Positions 1 through 8,943 of a stretch of DNA of 30,000 nucleotides are shown piece after piece. A program made the translations under genes and the position numbers. Numbering within the stretch: position 1 is the first letter of the stretch; each line of letters starts with the position of its first letter. The DNA is from Sutterella seckii (GTDB lineage Bacteria; Pseudomonadota; Gammaproteobacteria; Burkholderiales; Burkholderiaceae_F): NCBI RefSeq assembly GCF_009183815.1, contig NZ_WEHX01000011.1, positions 1 to 30,000 on the forward strand. Direction: 5' to 3'. The notes beneath the pieces are model-generated. The model saw only the letters and a list, made by a program, of their open reading frames with translations, searched no databases and had not been told where the DNA came from.

Positions 1-185
1 ATAAACTGCCAATTTTTAGACTGTAAACAACCGAATTTATGTGTTGGGTCCGGATTTTCCGGTTGCAGTCATAAAAATTGGCACTTGCTCAGACCTTCCC
101 TAGAAAAAATTCCGGGATGCTTTCAGAAAAAAACATGCCGGGCAAGCAGCACCCGGGGCCGGTTCCCTGCTTTGTCAAAACAAAG

Positions 186-623
186 CTAGTCCGCGGCCGT
201 ACGCATGCCGGCCGCGCACTTTCTGAGGAGCTTCTCGAGCGCGTCGGCTTCCTCATCCGTGAGGCCGGCGCAGATGTCGTCGGTAAGCTTCTCGGAAATC
301 TCCATCATCATGGGCTTGAGCGCCCTGCCCTTTGGCGTGAGGCAGATGACGCTCGCGCGGGCATCGTCGGGACAAACCTGCTTCACAATGTAGCCCTGCT
401 TCTCGAGGCGGTCCGCCATGACGCTCGTCGTCGACTTCGTGCGGCGGATTTTCTGCGCAATCGCCGTGAGGCTCTGACCTTCCTCGGCAAAGAGCACCAT
501 GAAGATGTCGCCGCAGCTCGTCGTCAGCTCATCGAGCCCTTCGGCCTTCATGCGCTGAAGGAGATTCCTGCGTCCTTCTTCATGAATGCGGGCGGCAAGG
601 GAAAGAATGGCTCTCTGATGCAT
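186..623 (-). CDS. MarR-family transcriptional regulator
   Basis: ORF 186..680(-). The ATG at 621-623 gives 145 aa, a typical MarR length. The winged-HTH core 'QSLTAIAQKIRRTKSTTSVMADRLEKQGYIVK...DARASVICLTPKG' fits the MarR pattern. GTG at 680 is an alternative start. Confidence 0.8.
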   Translation of the reverse strand: MHQRAILSLAARIHEEGRRNLLQRMKAEGLDELTTSCGDIFMVLFAEEGQSLTAIAQKIRRTKSTTSVMADRLEKQGYIVKQVCPDDARASVICLTPKGRALKPMMMEISEKLTDDICAGLTDEEADALEKLLRKCAAGMRTAAD

Positions 624-827
624 TTCTAAAAATATCCTTCGAAGGAACACTGCGGCGCGGAGTGCTTCCCGCCCAATCACGAAATCAATCTTCCTTTATA
701 GCAAAAAGAATTCCGAATTCGTGTGAGACTTTTCCCGGGCTTGAGGCTTTGCGGCCTCGGCGGGCAGGGAAACGAAAGGAAATCGTCTGCGCCCGCCGGG
801 AAGATCCGCGCTCAGCTTTAAAGCGGA

Positions 828-1373
828 TTAATAGTTTTCCGCACGGACCTGCTGATAGGACTGCGGATGCGCGCAGACCGGGCAGACTTCAGGCGCCTTT
901 TTGCCCATCACGAGGTGGCCGCAGACGCGGCACTGCCACATCACTTCCTCGCTCTTCTCGAAGACCTGCTGCATCTCGATGTTTTTGAGGAGCTTGAGGA
1001 ACCGCGCCTCGTGGGCCTTTTCAATCGCGCCAACGGCACGGAACTGGTAGGCGAGCGCGGGGAAGCCGTCGGCCTCGGCCTGCTTCGCAAAGGTCTCGTA
1101 CATGTCGCTCCACTCGTAGTTCTCGCCCTCGGCCGCTGCCTTGAGGTTTTCCGTCGTCGTGCCGACGCCGTCGTTCAGATGCTTGAACCAGAGCTTCGCA
1201 TGCTGCTTCTCGTTTTCCGCCGTTTCCTCAAAGATCTCGGCGATCTGCTGGAAGCCTTCCTTGCGGGCGACGGCCGCAAAGTACGTGTACTTGTTGCGGG
1301 CCATGGACTCGCCGGCGAAGGCGGCTTCGAGGTTCTTTTCGGTCTGGGTGCCGGAGAATTTCGTCTTGGTCAT
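828..1373 (-). CDS. rbr: Rubrerythrin (diiron ferritin-like domain plus C-terminal rubredoxin)
   Basis: ORF 828..1577(-) trimmed to the ATG at 1371-1373 (181 aa, '[32 protein letters not shown]'). It has E-x-x-H diiron motifs ('[10 protein letters not shown]', 'IEKAHEARF') and terminal CxxC...CxxC ('CRVCGH...CPVCAH'). Confidence 0.9.
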   Translation of the reverse strand: MTKTKFSGTQTEKNLEAAFAGESMARNKYTYFAAVARKEGFQQIAEIFEETAENEKQHAKLWFKHLNDGVGTTTENLKAAAEGENYEWSDMYETFAKQAEADGFPALAYQFRAVGAIEKAHEARFLKLLKNIEMQQVFEKSEEVMWQCRVCGHLVMGKKAPEVCPVCAHPQSYQQVRAENY

Positions 1374-1616
1374 TCGGGGTCTCGTAGATGAATGATTGAG
1401 AACCGCCGACCGTCTGGAGACGGAGAGCGGTTTTTCCTGGGATCTGCGGTCGAAGCGGACTTGAAGTCTCTTTTTTCGGACCGCAGCCGAATGATAGATG
1501 CAAACTGGCGTCCGATCACAGGACGGAAACGGCAGTTTATTGCCGGACCGAAGCCATGAATGGACGATATTGAGCATCTCCCCGATGAACTAGGCCTGCG
1601 GGCACTGGCCGGCCGC

Positions 1617-2504
1617 TTATTCCTCCTTCGCCCCGTCCTCTTCGTCGTGCTGGTGGTTGAACTTCTTCCGGTACTCCGTGGGCGAGCAGCCGACGTGCCT
1701 GAGGAAAAGCTTCGAGAAGTGGTAGGTGTTCTCGTAGCCTACCTTCCAGGCGATCTGATTCAGGCTTTCCGAGGTCGTCGTGAGCGCGAACTTCGCTTCC
1801 GTAATGCGCCGCTGAATCACGTAGTTGATGGGCGAGATCCCGTATTCCTTCGCAAACTCATGCGCGATGTAGCTTACGCTCGCGCGGAACTTCTTCGAAA
1901 GCGACTCAAGCGTGATCTTTTCCTTGTAGTTCTCGTTGAGATACACGAGCACTTCGCGGATCAAGAGGTTCCTTAATTTCTTGTCTTTCGAGAATTGATT
2001 GGCGAGCCGGAAGTTCTCGTAAAAGAGGACGGTAAGCACCGTCGCAAAGGCATTGGCCACTTCCGGAACAAGGACGCTTTCGGCAGAGAGAAGCGCATCC
2101 ATTTCGCGGAAGATGGCGCCGATCGTGGCGGCGCCCTCCGTCACCTTCGCAACGGGGAGCATGCCCGGAAGCAGCACATGGTCGAGCTCGTCGCGCTCGC
2201 GGAATTTGAAGCCGTAGACCGCGCAGGTGTACGTGGTCGCCGGATCCGAATCATCCGAAGCGACCATATGAAAGTTTCCCTTCTCGAGCGCAATGATGTC
2301 GCCCGCATGCGCCGTGTACTTGTTGGCATTGACCATGAGCTGCACGGTGCCCTTCTCGACCCACACGAGCTCGGTTTCGTTGTCGTGCATGTGGTAGCCC
2401 GACGCCCAGTGCGGGTCGTCGCTCAGCACGTAGCGGGATATTTTCGGAAGCTTGTCTCCCTCGAAGTGCAGGTGTTCTGATGGTTCGAAGTACTTTTGAA
2501 ACAT
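1617..2504 (-). CDS. AraC-family transcriptional regulator (cupin sensor plus double HTH); positional analogue of E. coli ydiP
   Basis: ORF 1617..2618(-) trimmed to the ATG at 2502-2504 (295 aa). The N-terminal part is cupin-like ('GYHMHDNETELVWVEKGTVQL'). The C-terminal part has AraC HTHs ('LESLSKKFRASVSYIAHEFAKEYGISP', 'IAWKVGYENTYHFSKLFLRHVGCSPTEYRK'). It lies 50 nt downstream of the ydiM-like gene on the same strand. Confidence 0.85.
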   Translation of the reverse strand: MFQKYFEPSEHLHFEGDKLPKISRYVLSDDPHWASGYHMHDNETELVWVEKGTVQLMVNANKYTAHAGDIIALEKGNFHMVASDDSDPATTYTCAVYGFKFRERDELDHVLLPGMLPVAKVTEGAATIGAIFREMDALLSAESVLVPEVANAFATVLTVLFYENFRLANQFSKDKKLRNLLIREVLVYLNENYKEKITLESLSKKFRASVSYIAHEFAKEYGISPINYVIQRRITEAKFALTTTSESLNQIAWKVGYENTYHFSKLFLRHVGCSPTEYRKKFNHQHDEEDGAKEE

Positions 2505-2553
2505 ATCGATATCCTGTCTGAAAGAGAGAGTGTGAAGCTCCGAAGATTGAGCG

Positions 2554-3772
2554 TCAGGCGGCCTCGCTTTCAATGAGCGCTTCCGCCCGGCGGCTTCGCC
2601 AGGCAATGAAGCAGGCAAGCACGACGCCGACTGCGGCTATGACGACATCAAAGCGGAAGATGGAGAGAATGGAATCGTTTCTCGCAATCCAGGCCGTGAT
2701 CAGCGGAATCGTGAAGTTGGAAATGCTGCCCGCACTATAGTAGATGCCCGTGGCTTTCCCCTTGGCAGACGGAAACTGAGCGGCCAGAAGCGTGAGGCCG
2801 AGCTGCAGGACGCCGCCCGCCGCAAAGAATCCGAAGACGAAGGCGAAAATCGTGACAAAGAGTGAAGTGGGCCAGAGCGTCACGACAAGAAACGAGAGGA
2901 AGCTCATGAACGTGCAGATGAGGAGCATCTCGCGGGGCTTCAGGAACGTCTTGAGGGCGAGCGACGAGAGAAAGACGCCGCAGATCGAGCCCGTCGTATA
3001 GATGGAAAGAAGCTGGAGCGACGATTCGAAATTCATGCCGGCAACCTGTTCGCCGTACTGCGCGAGCCACTGGCTCACGAGGTAGAAGGTCGCCATGGCG
3101 ACGTAGCCGAAAAGCGTATAGCTCACGAAATCGGGGATCGCAATGCTTTCGGACCCATCCTTCGCGTCGTCATTCTTCCCGCCCGCGGCATGGGCCCTCT
3201 TCCGGAGCCCCGCCGGCTGCGAGGGGCGCCATGCGGAAGAGAATGATGAAGTTGACGGCGAGCACTGCCGCCGCAGCGATGAAGGACCAGCCGTACCAGA
3301 GGTTCAAAGCAGCAAGAACGCTCACGACGAGCGGCAGCACGAACTGGCCGGAGGCCACGAAGGCCTTGATGAGAATGACCGCAAGCCCGGGCGAGTCGGG
3401 AAAGAGCTCCATGAGCTTCGGGTAGGTGCCGGCGTCGAGAAGGCTGTTGGCGCAGCCCGCGAGGAAGCCGAAAACGTAGGCAATCGTGAGGTCGCGCGTG
3501 AAGAGATGCCCGATGAAGAAGGCCATGTAGACGGCGATGCCCCCGAGCACGAAGGGCTTTCTGCCCCAGCGGTCAGAGAGCGTTCCCGCGATGTAGAGAA
3601 GCGCGAAGCGGCCGAGGCCGAGAGATGAAATGACCACCGAAACGCCCGCCGCATCGGTACTCCACTGCACCTCGAGCGAATGCATGTTGAGGCTGATGAT
3701 CAGCACGCCGATGCCGTGCACCATGTAGTTGAGGTACAGGCAAAAAGCGGTGAAGTACCGGCTGACTGGCAT
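2554..3772 (-). pseudogene. ydiM: YdiM-like MFS transporter, split into two frames by a 1-nt frameshift (or sequence error)
   Basis: ORFs 3170..3772(-) and 2554..3126(-) are the N- and C-terminal halves of one 12-TM MFS protein. Both match remembered E. coli YdiM ('LNYMVHGIGVLIISLNM', 'AYVFGFLAGCANSLLDAGTYP', 'SYTLFGYVAMATFYLVSQWLAQYG', 'AKGKATGIYYSAGSI.NFTIPLITA'). They are also paralogous to the intact MFS at 11195..12442. The C-terminal frame stays open upstream through the N-terminal frame stop at 3170-3172. Removing one C from the CCCC run at 3208-3211 joins the two halves. Confidence 0.7.
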
Positions 3773-4249
3773 TCCTTACTCCCTAATTCATCCTTGGAGA
3801 TTTCCTGGGGGGCCTCTCTTTCCATCGGATGCAGGAAGCGCTCGCGTCTTCAGAATTCCGGTCGAACGAAGCAGAATAGTTATGAAGGAGAAATACGCAT
3901 GCTCTAAGTCAGACGCATCTCGTCCCAGCCAGATAATTCTCGGGAATTAAGCCCTTTCCCAACACCTCCGACCTTGCAAATCCGAAAAATTATTCTGCAC
4001 AAAAATACCTACTTCGGAATGCATGAAAAATGTTGCCGGCTCGCCATTAATGAGTGATAAAAATTAGGGAAAATGAATTAGTTAAAAAGAACGACCTGAA
4101 GCCTCTCCGGGCGTTTCCCGGAAATGGTGCGCGATTATCGTGCAGGGACCCGGGACAATTCGGCTTTACGCCCCAAGCAGTCTGCACAACCCATGCATGG
4201 GCTTTGCATCCGGCGCCTTTTTTTGCTCCCGGGCGAATCGGAACCATAG

Positions 4250-4304
4250 AAAAAAACAGGCACCCGATGCGCCTCAAAGGAGTGAAAAGACGCAGCGGGT
4301 GCCT
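4250..4304 (-). terminator. Probable rho-independent terminator downstream of fadK
   Basis: On the minus strand a 9-bp stem (4296-4304 pairs with 4258-4266, extended by 4291-4294/4268-4271) is followed by G plus a T7 run (plus-strand A7 at 4250-4256). It lies about 75 nt past the fadK stop codon. Confidence 0.45.
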
Positions 4305-4379
4305 CAGACGATCCCGGAAGCATTCCGGTTTCAGGAGAGAAAAGAATCGGTACTTATTTGCTCGGAGCGGCGCTCCCGC

Positions 4380-6044
4380 TCAGTCGGAAGCCATGCCTTT
4401 ACTGAGGCGCGCAATGATGTCGCGCTTTAATTCAAACTTGCGCACCTTGCCCGAGGCGGTGCGCGGGAGTTCCGGGACGACGACGAGATATTCCGGGAAC
4501 TTGTATTTGGCGACGCGGCGGGCGTCGAAGAAGGCGACGATGTCCCGGAGCGCGAGCTTCAGGGCGCCGGGCTTTTCCACCACATAGGCGCAGGTGCGCT
4601 CGCCCAAACGGTCGTCGGGCATCGCCACCACTGCCGCCGCTTTGATCGACGGATGCTCCATCAGGATGTCCTCGACCTCGCGGCTCGAGATGTTCTCGCC
4701 GCCCCGCACGATGATGTCCTTCCGGCGGCCGGTGATCTTGATGTAGCTTCCGGTATCGTCCGTGCGGCAGAGGTCGCCCGAGTAGTACCAGCCGTCGGCG
4801 TCGAGCGCCCGGGCGGTGATTTCGGGCTCGCCCAGGTACCCCACGAACACATTGGGGCCGCGCGAAGCCTCCTCGCCCTCTGCTCCCGCCGGCACCTCAT
4901 GGTGCTCGGCGTCGACCACGCGGATTTCAACCCCCGGCACGGCGCAGCCGTCGGTAAGTTCCGTGTGCGCGCGCGTGTCGTCGGGCTTCACGACCGAATG
5001 GGGAGAACTTTCGGTGGAGCCGTAAACCGAGAAGAGCCGGATGCCTAATGTCCTGCATTCGCTGAAGATTTTGGGCGGGATCGTCGTTCCGCCGCAGAGG
5101 AAGAAGCGAAGCGACGAAAGATCGCGCGGCTCCTTCCTGATTTCGGCAAGGATGTCGTAGACGAAGGGCGTGGCGCCGAGAACGCAGGTAATCCGCTCGC
5201 CCTCGATGAGGTCGAGGCATGCGTCCGCCTTGAAGATGTCGAGGAGCACGGATTCGCCGCCGAGAATGAAGGGCAGCGTCACGCCGTGAAGAAACCCCGT
5301 GGCGTGCCCCAGCGGCGCGGGCATGAGGAAGCTGTCGAGCCAGGAAAGCCCGAGCCTCGCGGCATAGGCGCGCTCGCTCGCGAGAATGTTGTTGTGGGTG
5401 AGCATGACGCCCTTCGGGAGTCCCTCGGTCCCGGAGGTAAAGAGCACGGCGGCGAGATCGTCGCCCGAGGTCTTCGCCTCCTCGTCGAGCGGTTCGCTCT
5501 TTTCGAGGATTTCCGAGAGGACTGCAACCTTTTCGTCGCCCCCGAGCCCCTCAGGGAGGCCTTCGAGCTTGTCGACCGCGACCACGGCCGCGAGCTGCGG
5601 GAGCGTCTTCGCGAGCCGCGCCATCATTTCAACGGGCTTCACTTTCTTGAAGGCGGTGGGCGTGAAGACCGCGCGGATCTCGCACTTTTCAAGCGCCCAG
5701 GAGAGCTCCGCCTCGCGCCACGAGGGAAGAATCGGCACCGTCACGGCGCCGAGCTTGAGGCAGGCAATGTAGGCCGCCGTGAATTCGCACCAGCCCGGAA
5801 GATCAATCGCCACGCCGTCGCCCCGGCCGATCCCCTTTGCCTTAAGCCAAGCGGCAAGGCGGGACGCCTGGTCGTCAAACTCCCGGTAGGTGAATGCCGC
5901 GCCGTGGTTGTCGCGGACCGCGCGGCGGTCCGGGCAAGCCAGAACCGCGTGCCGCCACCAGTCGGCAAGCGAGGCGTCGCCCCAGAATCCTTCCTTGCGG
6001 TAAAGCTCGCGCCTTTCCGGGCTGATGTGATACTGAGCATGCAT
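4380..6044 (-). CDS. fadK: Acyl-CoA synthetase (AMP-forming), FadK/YdiD-like
   Basis: ORF 4380..6122(-) trimmed to the ATG at 6042-6044 (554 aa). Long runs match remembered E. coli FadK: 'WGDASLAD.W', 'LAAVLFTSGTEGLPKGVMLTHNNILASERAY', 'MPAPLGHATGFLHGVT.PF', 'YGSTESSPH', 'GWYYSGDLCR', 'ITGR.KDIIVRGGENISSREVEDIL', 'LPRT.SGK'. Confidence 0.9.
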   Translation of the reverse strand: MHAQYHISPERRELYRKEGFWGDASLADWWRHAVLACPDRRAVRDNHGAAFTYREFDDQASRLAAWLKAKGIGRGDGVAIDLPGWCEFTAAYIACLKLGAVTVPILPSWREAELSWALEKCEIRAVFTPTAFKKVKPVEMMARLAKTLPQLAAVVAVDKLEGLPEGLGGDEKVAVLSEILEKSEPLDEEAKTSGDDLAAVLFTSGTEGLPKGVMLTHNNILASERAYAARLGLSWLDSFLMPAPLGHATGFLHGVTLPFILGGESVLLDIFKADACLDLIEGERITCVLGATPFVYDILAEIRKEPRDLSSLRFFLCGGTTIPPKIFSECRTLGIRLFSVYGSTESSPHSVVKPDDTRAHTELTDGCAVPGVEIRVVDAEHHEVPAGAEGEEASRGPNVFVGYLGEPEITARALDADGWYYSGDLCRTDDTGSYIKITGRRKDIIVRGGENISSREVEDILMEHPSIKAAAVVAMPDDRLGERTCAYVVEKPGALKLALRDIVAFFDARRVAKYKFPEYLVVVPELPRTASGKVRKFELKRDIIARLSKGMASD

Positions 6045-6202
6045 GACCGGACTCTCTTCTTGATGCGTATGAGGGTTGAGAATGAAATATCGGGAGGGGA
6101 AAAAGAGGAGAGACCTCCTCAAAAGCGCTGCCGCAGGCAGGGTTTTCGAAGGACTGTCTCTCCTTGATCAGGGCAGGGAATGAATCGTCGCTGCTTTCGG
6201 CA

Positions 6203-6514
6203 TCAGCCGAAGCGGAACTCAACCCCGAAGGTGCCCTGCGGGAATTCCCACTTCTTCAGAATGGTTTCGCCGCAAAGCACGCGGCAGGTGCCGCATTCGA
6301 GACAGCCCGCGCAGTCGAACTGCAGGTTCCCTTCGGCGTCCTCCTTGTAGAGGTTCGCCGGGCAGGCCTTGACGAGCTTTCTGAATTCGCGCCGATCCTC
6401 TTCGGTGACGATGTCCTTCAACACAATGTGCGCGTTCCCTTCGTCGACGAAGAATTTGTCCGTCGAGAGCTTCGCGTCGACATTGACCGGAGCCGTTTCT
6501 TTCTCTTGCGTCAT
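6203..6514 (-). CDS. ydiT: FixX/YdiT ferredoxin-like protein
   Basis: 103 aa with 'ACPANLYK' and 'FDCAGCLECGTCRVLCG'. Its start overlaps the ydiS stop in an ATGA arrangement (6511-6514). Confidence 0.9.
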   Translation of the reverse strand: MTQEKETAPVNVDAKLSTDKFFVDEGNAHIVLKDIVTEEDRREFRKLVKACPANLYKEDAEGNLQFDCAGCLECGTCRVLCGETILKKWEFPQGTFGVEFRFG

Positions 6515-7806
6515 AGCGCTTTCCCCCAGCCGTAGCCGTCCTTGATGAGATTCCAGGCGCCCGCCTGCTTGACGTGCTTCCAGAGCATGGAGCGCACGGG
6601 CGGCACGGGGCTCCCGTCGATGCGGAAGAGGTCGCGCATGATGCCGGCGACGAGTTCCGGATAAACCGTAAAGAGCCGCGGATTTTCAATGAGATGCGGC
6701 ACGTCCTGGTACTGCTTCATGTCGCGGATGACGAAGCTCTTTTCGAGTTCCGTCTGGTAGGAGGCGAGGCCCGCAGCGGAGAAGTCGCCCTTTTCCTTGG
6801 CGGCGATGACCGCCCGGCCCGCGAGTTCGCCCGACGTCACGGCAAGGTCCATGCCGCGAACGATGAAGCCTAAGTTGATGCAGAGGCCCGCAGCGTCGCC
6901 CGTGATCATCACGCCGTCGCCGGCGAGCTTCTTCGGGACCATCGCGTAGCCGCCTTCGGGAACCATGTGCCCGGAGTATTCGACGATCTTTCCGCCCTCA
7001 ATGAGAGGCTTCACGGAAGGATGGTTCTTGAGGTCCTCGAGCATCTGCGGAACGGTCTTTCCGGCCTTTTCGATTTCGCCGAGACCGCAGACGATGCCGA
7101 GGGACACCGTGTCCTCGTTCGTGTAGATGATGCCGCCGCCCATGAGGCCGTCGGAGCAGGAGCCCGCGAAGAGCCAGGCGACGCCTTCGTCGCCCGTGAG
7201 GCCGAAGCGGTCCTCAATCACCTTCTTCGGAAGCTCGATCACTTCCTTCGCGCTCACCGCGTACTGATGCGGCGTGTATTCGGGGAGCATGCCGATCGAC
7301 TTCGCGAGGAGCGAATTGACGCCGTCGGCGAGAATCACGACGTTCGCCTCAAGCTCGTCCTCGCCCGCCTGCACGCCCGTGATGCGGCCCGATTCATCCT
7401 GAAGGAGGCGGTCGACGCGGATGCCGGGAATGAACTGGGCGCCCGCTTCCTCGGCCTTCGACGCAAGCCACTGGTCGAACTTGCCGCGGAGCACCGTATA
7501 GGACTCGGCTTCAGGGGTTTTGGGAGCTGCAGAGTGATAGTCGAGCGTAACCGTATCTTCCTCCGTCATGAAGGAGATTTTCTCGCGGGTCACGCGGCGC
7601 TCGACCGGGGCTTCCTTGGCAAAGCCCGGGATCACGCGCTCGAGGCTGTGCGCATAGAGGCGCCCGCCCGTCATGTTCTTGCTGCCGGGGTAGTTGCCGC
7701 GCTCAATGACGAGAACATCGAGCCCGGCTTTGGCCATGACGTAGGCGGCGGTGGAGCCGGCGATGCCGGCGCCGACCACGATGGCGTCAAATTTTTCTTC
7801 GGACAT
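6511..7806 (-). CDS. ydiS: FixC/YdiS FAD-dependent ETF-quinone-oxidoreductase-like flavoprotein
   Basis: ORF 6511..7860(-) trimmed to the ATG at 7804-7806 (431 aa). It has the 'FDAIVVGAGIAGS' dinucleotide fold, plus 'GGRLYAHSLE', 'VILADGVNS' and 'GDAAGLCINLGF.VRGMDLA', matching remembered YdiS/FixC. Confidence 0.9.
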   Translation of the reverse strand: MSEEKFDAIVVGAGIAGSTAAYVMAKAGLDVLVIERGNYPGSKNMTGGRLYAHSLERVIPGFAKEAPVERRVTREKISFMTEEDTVTLDYHSAAPKTPEAESYTVLRGKFDQWLASKAEEAGAQFIPGIRVDRLLQDESGRITGVQAGEDELEANVVILADGVNSLLAKSIGMLPEYTPHQYAVSAKEVIELPKKVIEDRFGLTGDEGVAWLFAGSCSDGLMGGGIIYTNEDTVSLGIVCGLGEIEKAGKTVPQMLEDLKNHPSVKPLIEGGKIVEYSGHMVPEGGYAMVPKKLAGDGVMITGDAAGLCINLGFIVRGMDLAVTSGELAGRAVIAAKEKGDFSAAGLASYQTELEKSFVIRDMKQYQDVPHLIENPRLFTVYPELVAGIMRDLFRIDGSPVPPVRSMLWKHVKQAGAWNLIKDGYGWGKAL

Positions 7807-7928
7807 GGTTCTTCTGGAGGGGACCCGGGGTACTGCGGCGGGCTGAGCCGAAAGGAGCAATGTGCCCGAGCCCGCCGCACGTTTGGGCCCTACTCGAGGG
7901 AAAGGAGGAGTAAAGGGGAAAAGCGGCT

Positions 7929-7968
7929 GCGTCCGGCCGGATCCGAGGAGAAAGCCCCGGCCGGACGC
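7929..7968 (-). other. Intercistronic GC-rich stem-loop between ydiR and ydiS (attenuator or mRNA-stability element)
   Basis: A perfect 12-bp stem, gcgtccggccgg (7929-7940) pairing with ccggccggacgc (7957-7968), encloses a 16-nt loop. It sits 20 nt past the ydiR stop. On the minus strand it is followed by a T/C-rich stretch (agccgcttttcccctttactcc). Confidence 0.5.
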
Positions 7969-7987
7969 TCTACTTCAGTGAGACGCC

Positions 7988-8916
7988 TCAGGAGAGCGCC
8001 TTGGTGAGTTCGGGGAGAACCTTGTAGATGTCGCCCACGATGCCGTAGTCGCAGTAGTTGAAGATCGGCGCGTTCTTGTCCTTGTTGACCGCAATGATCG
8101 TGCCGCAGTCGTTGACGCCGACCATGTGCTGAATCTGACCGGAGATGCCGAGCGCAACGTAGACGTCGCCCTTGAGGAGCACGCCCGAAACGCCGATGTA
8201 GCGTTCGCGCTCCATCCAGTGTTCGCCTTCGGCGATCGGACGCGAGCACCCGACTTCGGCGCCGATCGCCTTCGCGAGCGCGTCGGCAAGCGCGAGATCC
8301 GCTTCCTTGGCGATGCCGCGGCCGACGCCGACACGCGCTTCGCCTTCGTGAGGTCGACGGCGCTCTGGGCCTTGGCGCGGCGTTCCTTCACCACGAGGGC
8401 GTTGGCGGGCGCGACGTAGGCAACCTTCGTGACGGCGAGGTCGGCGGAGGATTCGGCAGCTTCAGGCGCAAAGACGCCGCCCGAAACCGTGACCACCGCA
8501 TTGGCGGAGAGAACCTTTTCGGTGCCGACCGCGAGGCCGCCGTAGGTGCAGAACGTAACGCGCAGGCCGTCGGCGGCAGGATTCAGGGAAAGCGCGTCGT
8601 TGACGAGGGCGGCGCCGAGCTTCTGAGAAAGCGCGGCGGCAAAGGCCTTGGAGCGCTTCGTCACGTCGAGAAGAACGAGATTGCCTTCGCCCGCAATGAC
8701 GGCGGCGAGGCTCGCGGCGTAGTTTTCAACGCAGCTCTCGGCGGCGACGTCGAGGTTGTAGACCGCATCCGGGCCGGAGGCGCGCAACGCCTGGACGCCC
8801 GCTTCGGAAACGACGACGGCATTCACCTTCGCGCCCGTCTTCTTCGCGCCGGTAATGAGATCGGCATAACGGTCAGCCGCATCAGCGAAGACCCAAACAG
8901 TATTGATCTGCTTCAT
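7988..8916 (-). pseudogene. ydiR: FixB/YdiR electron-transfer flavoprotein alpha subunit, interrupted by a 1-nt deletion (or sequence error)
   Basis: ORF 7975..8916(-) is EtfA-like up to '...[11 protein letters not shown]', then becomes an Arg/Ser-rich out-of-frame tail. The authentic C-terminus ('[13 protein letters not shown]...[31 protein letters not shown]...[11 protein letters not shown]...[25 protein letters not shown]') is in the frame of ORF 7988..8215(-). That frame is open upstream to the junction at about 8330-8334. Remembered E. coli YdiR reads 'KAKRVVGVGRG' there, which implies GTGGTC became GTGTC. Confidence 0.8.
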
Positions 8917-8943
8917 GATGTTTTTCTCCTGCGATGCGCTGGA

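Noticed and set aside
127-173. A possible minus-strand terminator downstream of the MarR gene: weak stems ccggg/cccgg and aagcag/ctgctt, followed by a T7 run on the minus strand (A7 at 127-133).
   Set aside because: The stems are only 5-6 bp and the pairings are ambiguous. That is not strong enough to list as a feature, although the T7 tract is real.
828-1577. N-terminal extensions in the ORF track. Examples: rubrerythrin to 1577, AraC to 2618, fadK to 6122, ydiS to 7860, ydiQ to 9738, AroD-like to 29960, peptidase to 20081.
   Set aside because: The extra residues are low-complexity or non-homologous. In most of these genes an internal ATG preceded by an SD-like sequence coincides with the N-terminus expected from homologues.
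3208-3211. Phase variation or programmed ribosomal frameshifting as the explanation for the three frameshifts (3208-3211, about 8331, 23694-23696).
   Set aside because: The runs involved are only 2-4 nt, far shorter than contingency-locus tracts. I see no slippery heptamer with a downstream structure. Sequence error or ordinary mutation is more parsimonious.
4190-4201. Perfect 12-nt palindromes cccatgcatggg (4190-4201) and gagcgatcgctc (10665-10676), considered as operator or restriction-related sites.
   Set aside because: They are too short and isolated to support any functional call. They are mentioned only as landmarks.
6117-6142. A recurrent intergenic motif CCTCAAAA(A)GC followed by a CCGG-rich segment. 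It occurs at 6117, 10082, 10751 and 14471, as a reverse complement near 10866, and weakly at 4272. It could be a dispersed repeat family.
   Set aside because: The shared exact matches are only 12-14 nt. Dozens of 12-mer and several 14-mer chance coincidences are expected in 30 kb on both strands. The flanks do not align convincingly. Genome-wide counts would be needed.
7975-8330. The C-terminal roughly 115 aa of ORF 7975..8916 ('...[34 protein letters not shown]...') taken as a genuine novel tail on EtfA.
   Set aside because: It is Arg/Ser/Thr-rich nonsense, while the conserved EtfA C-terminus is readable in the adjacent frame over the same nucleotides. It is a frameshift artefact, not a new domain.
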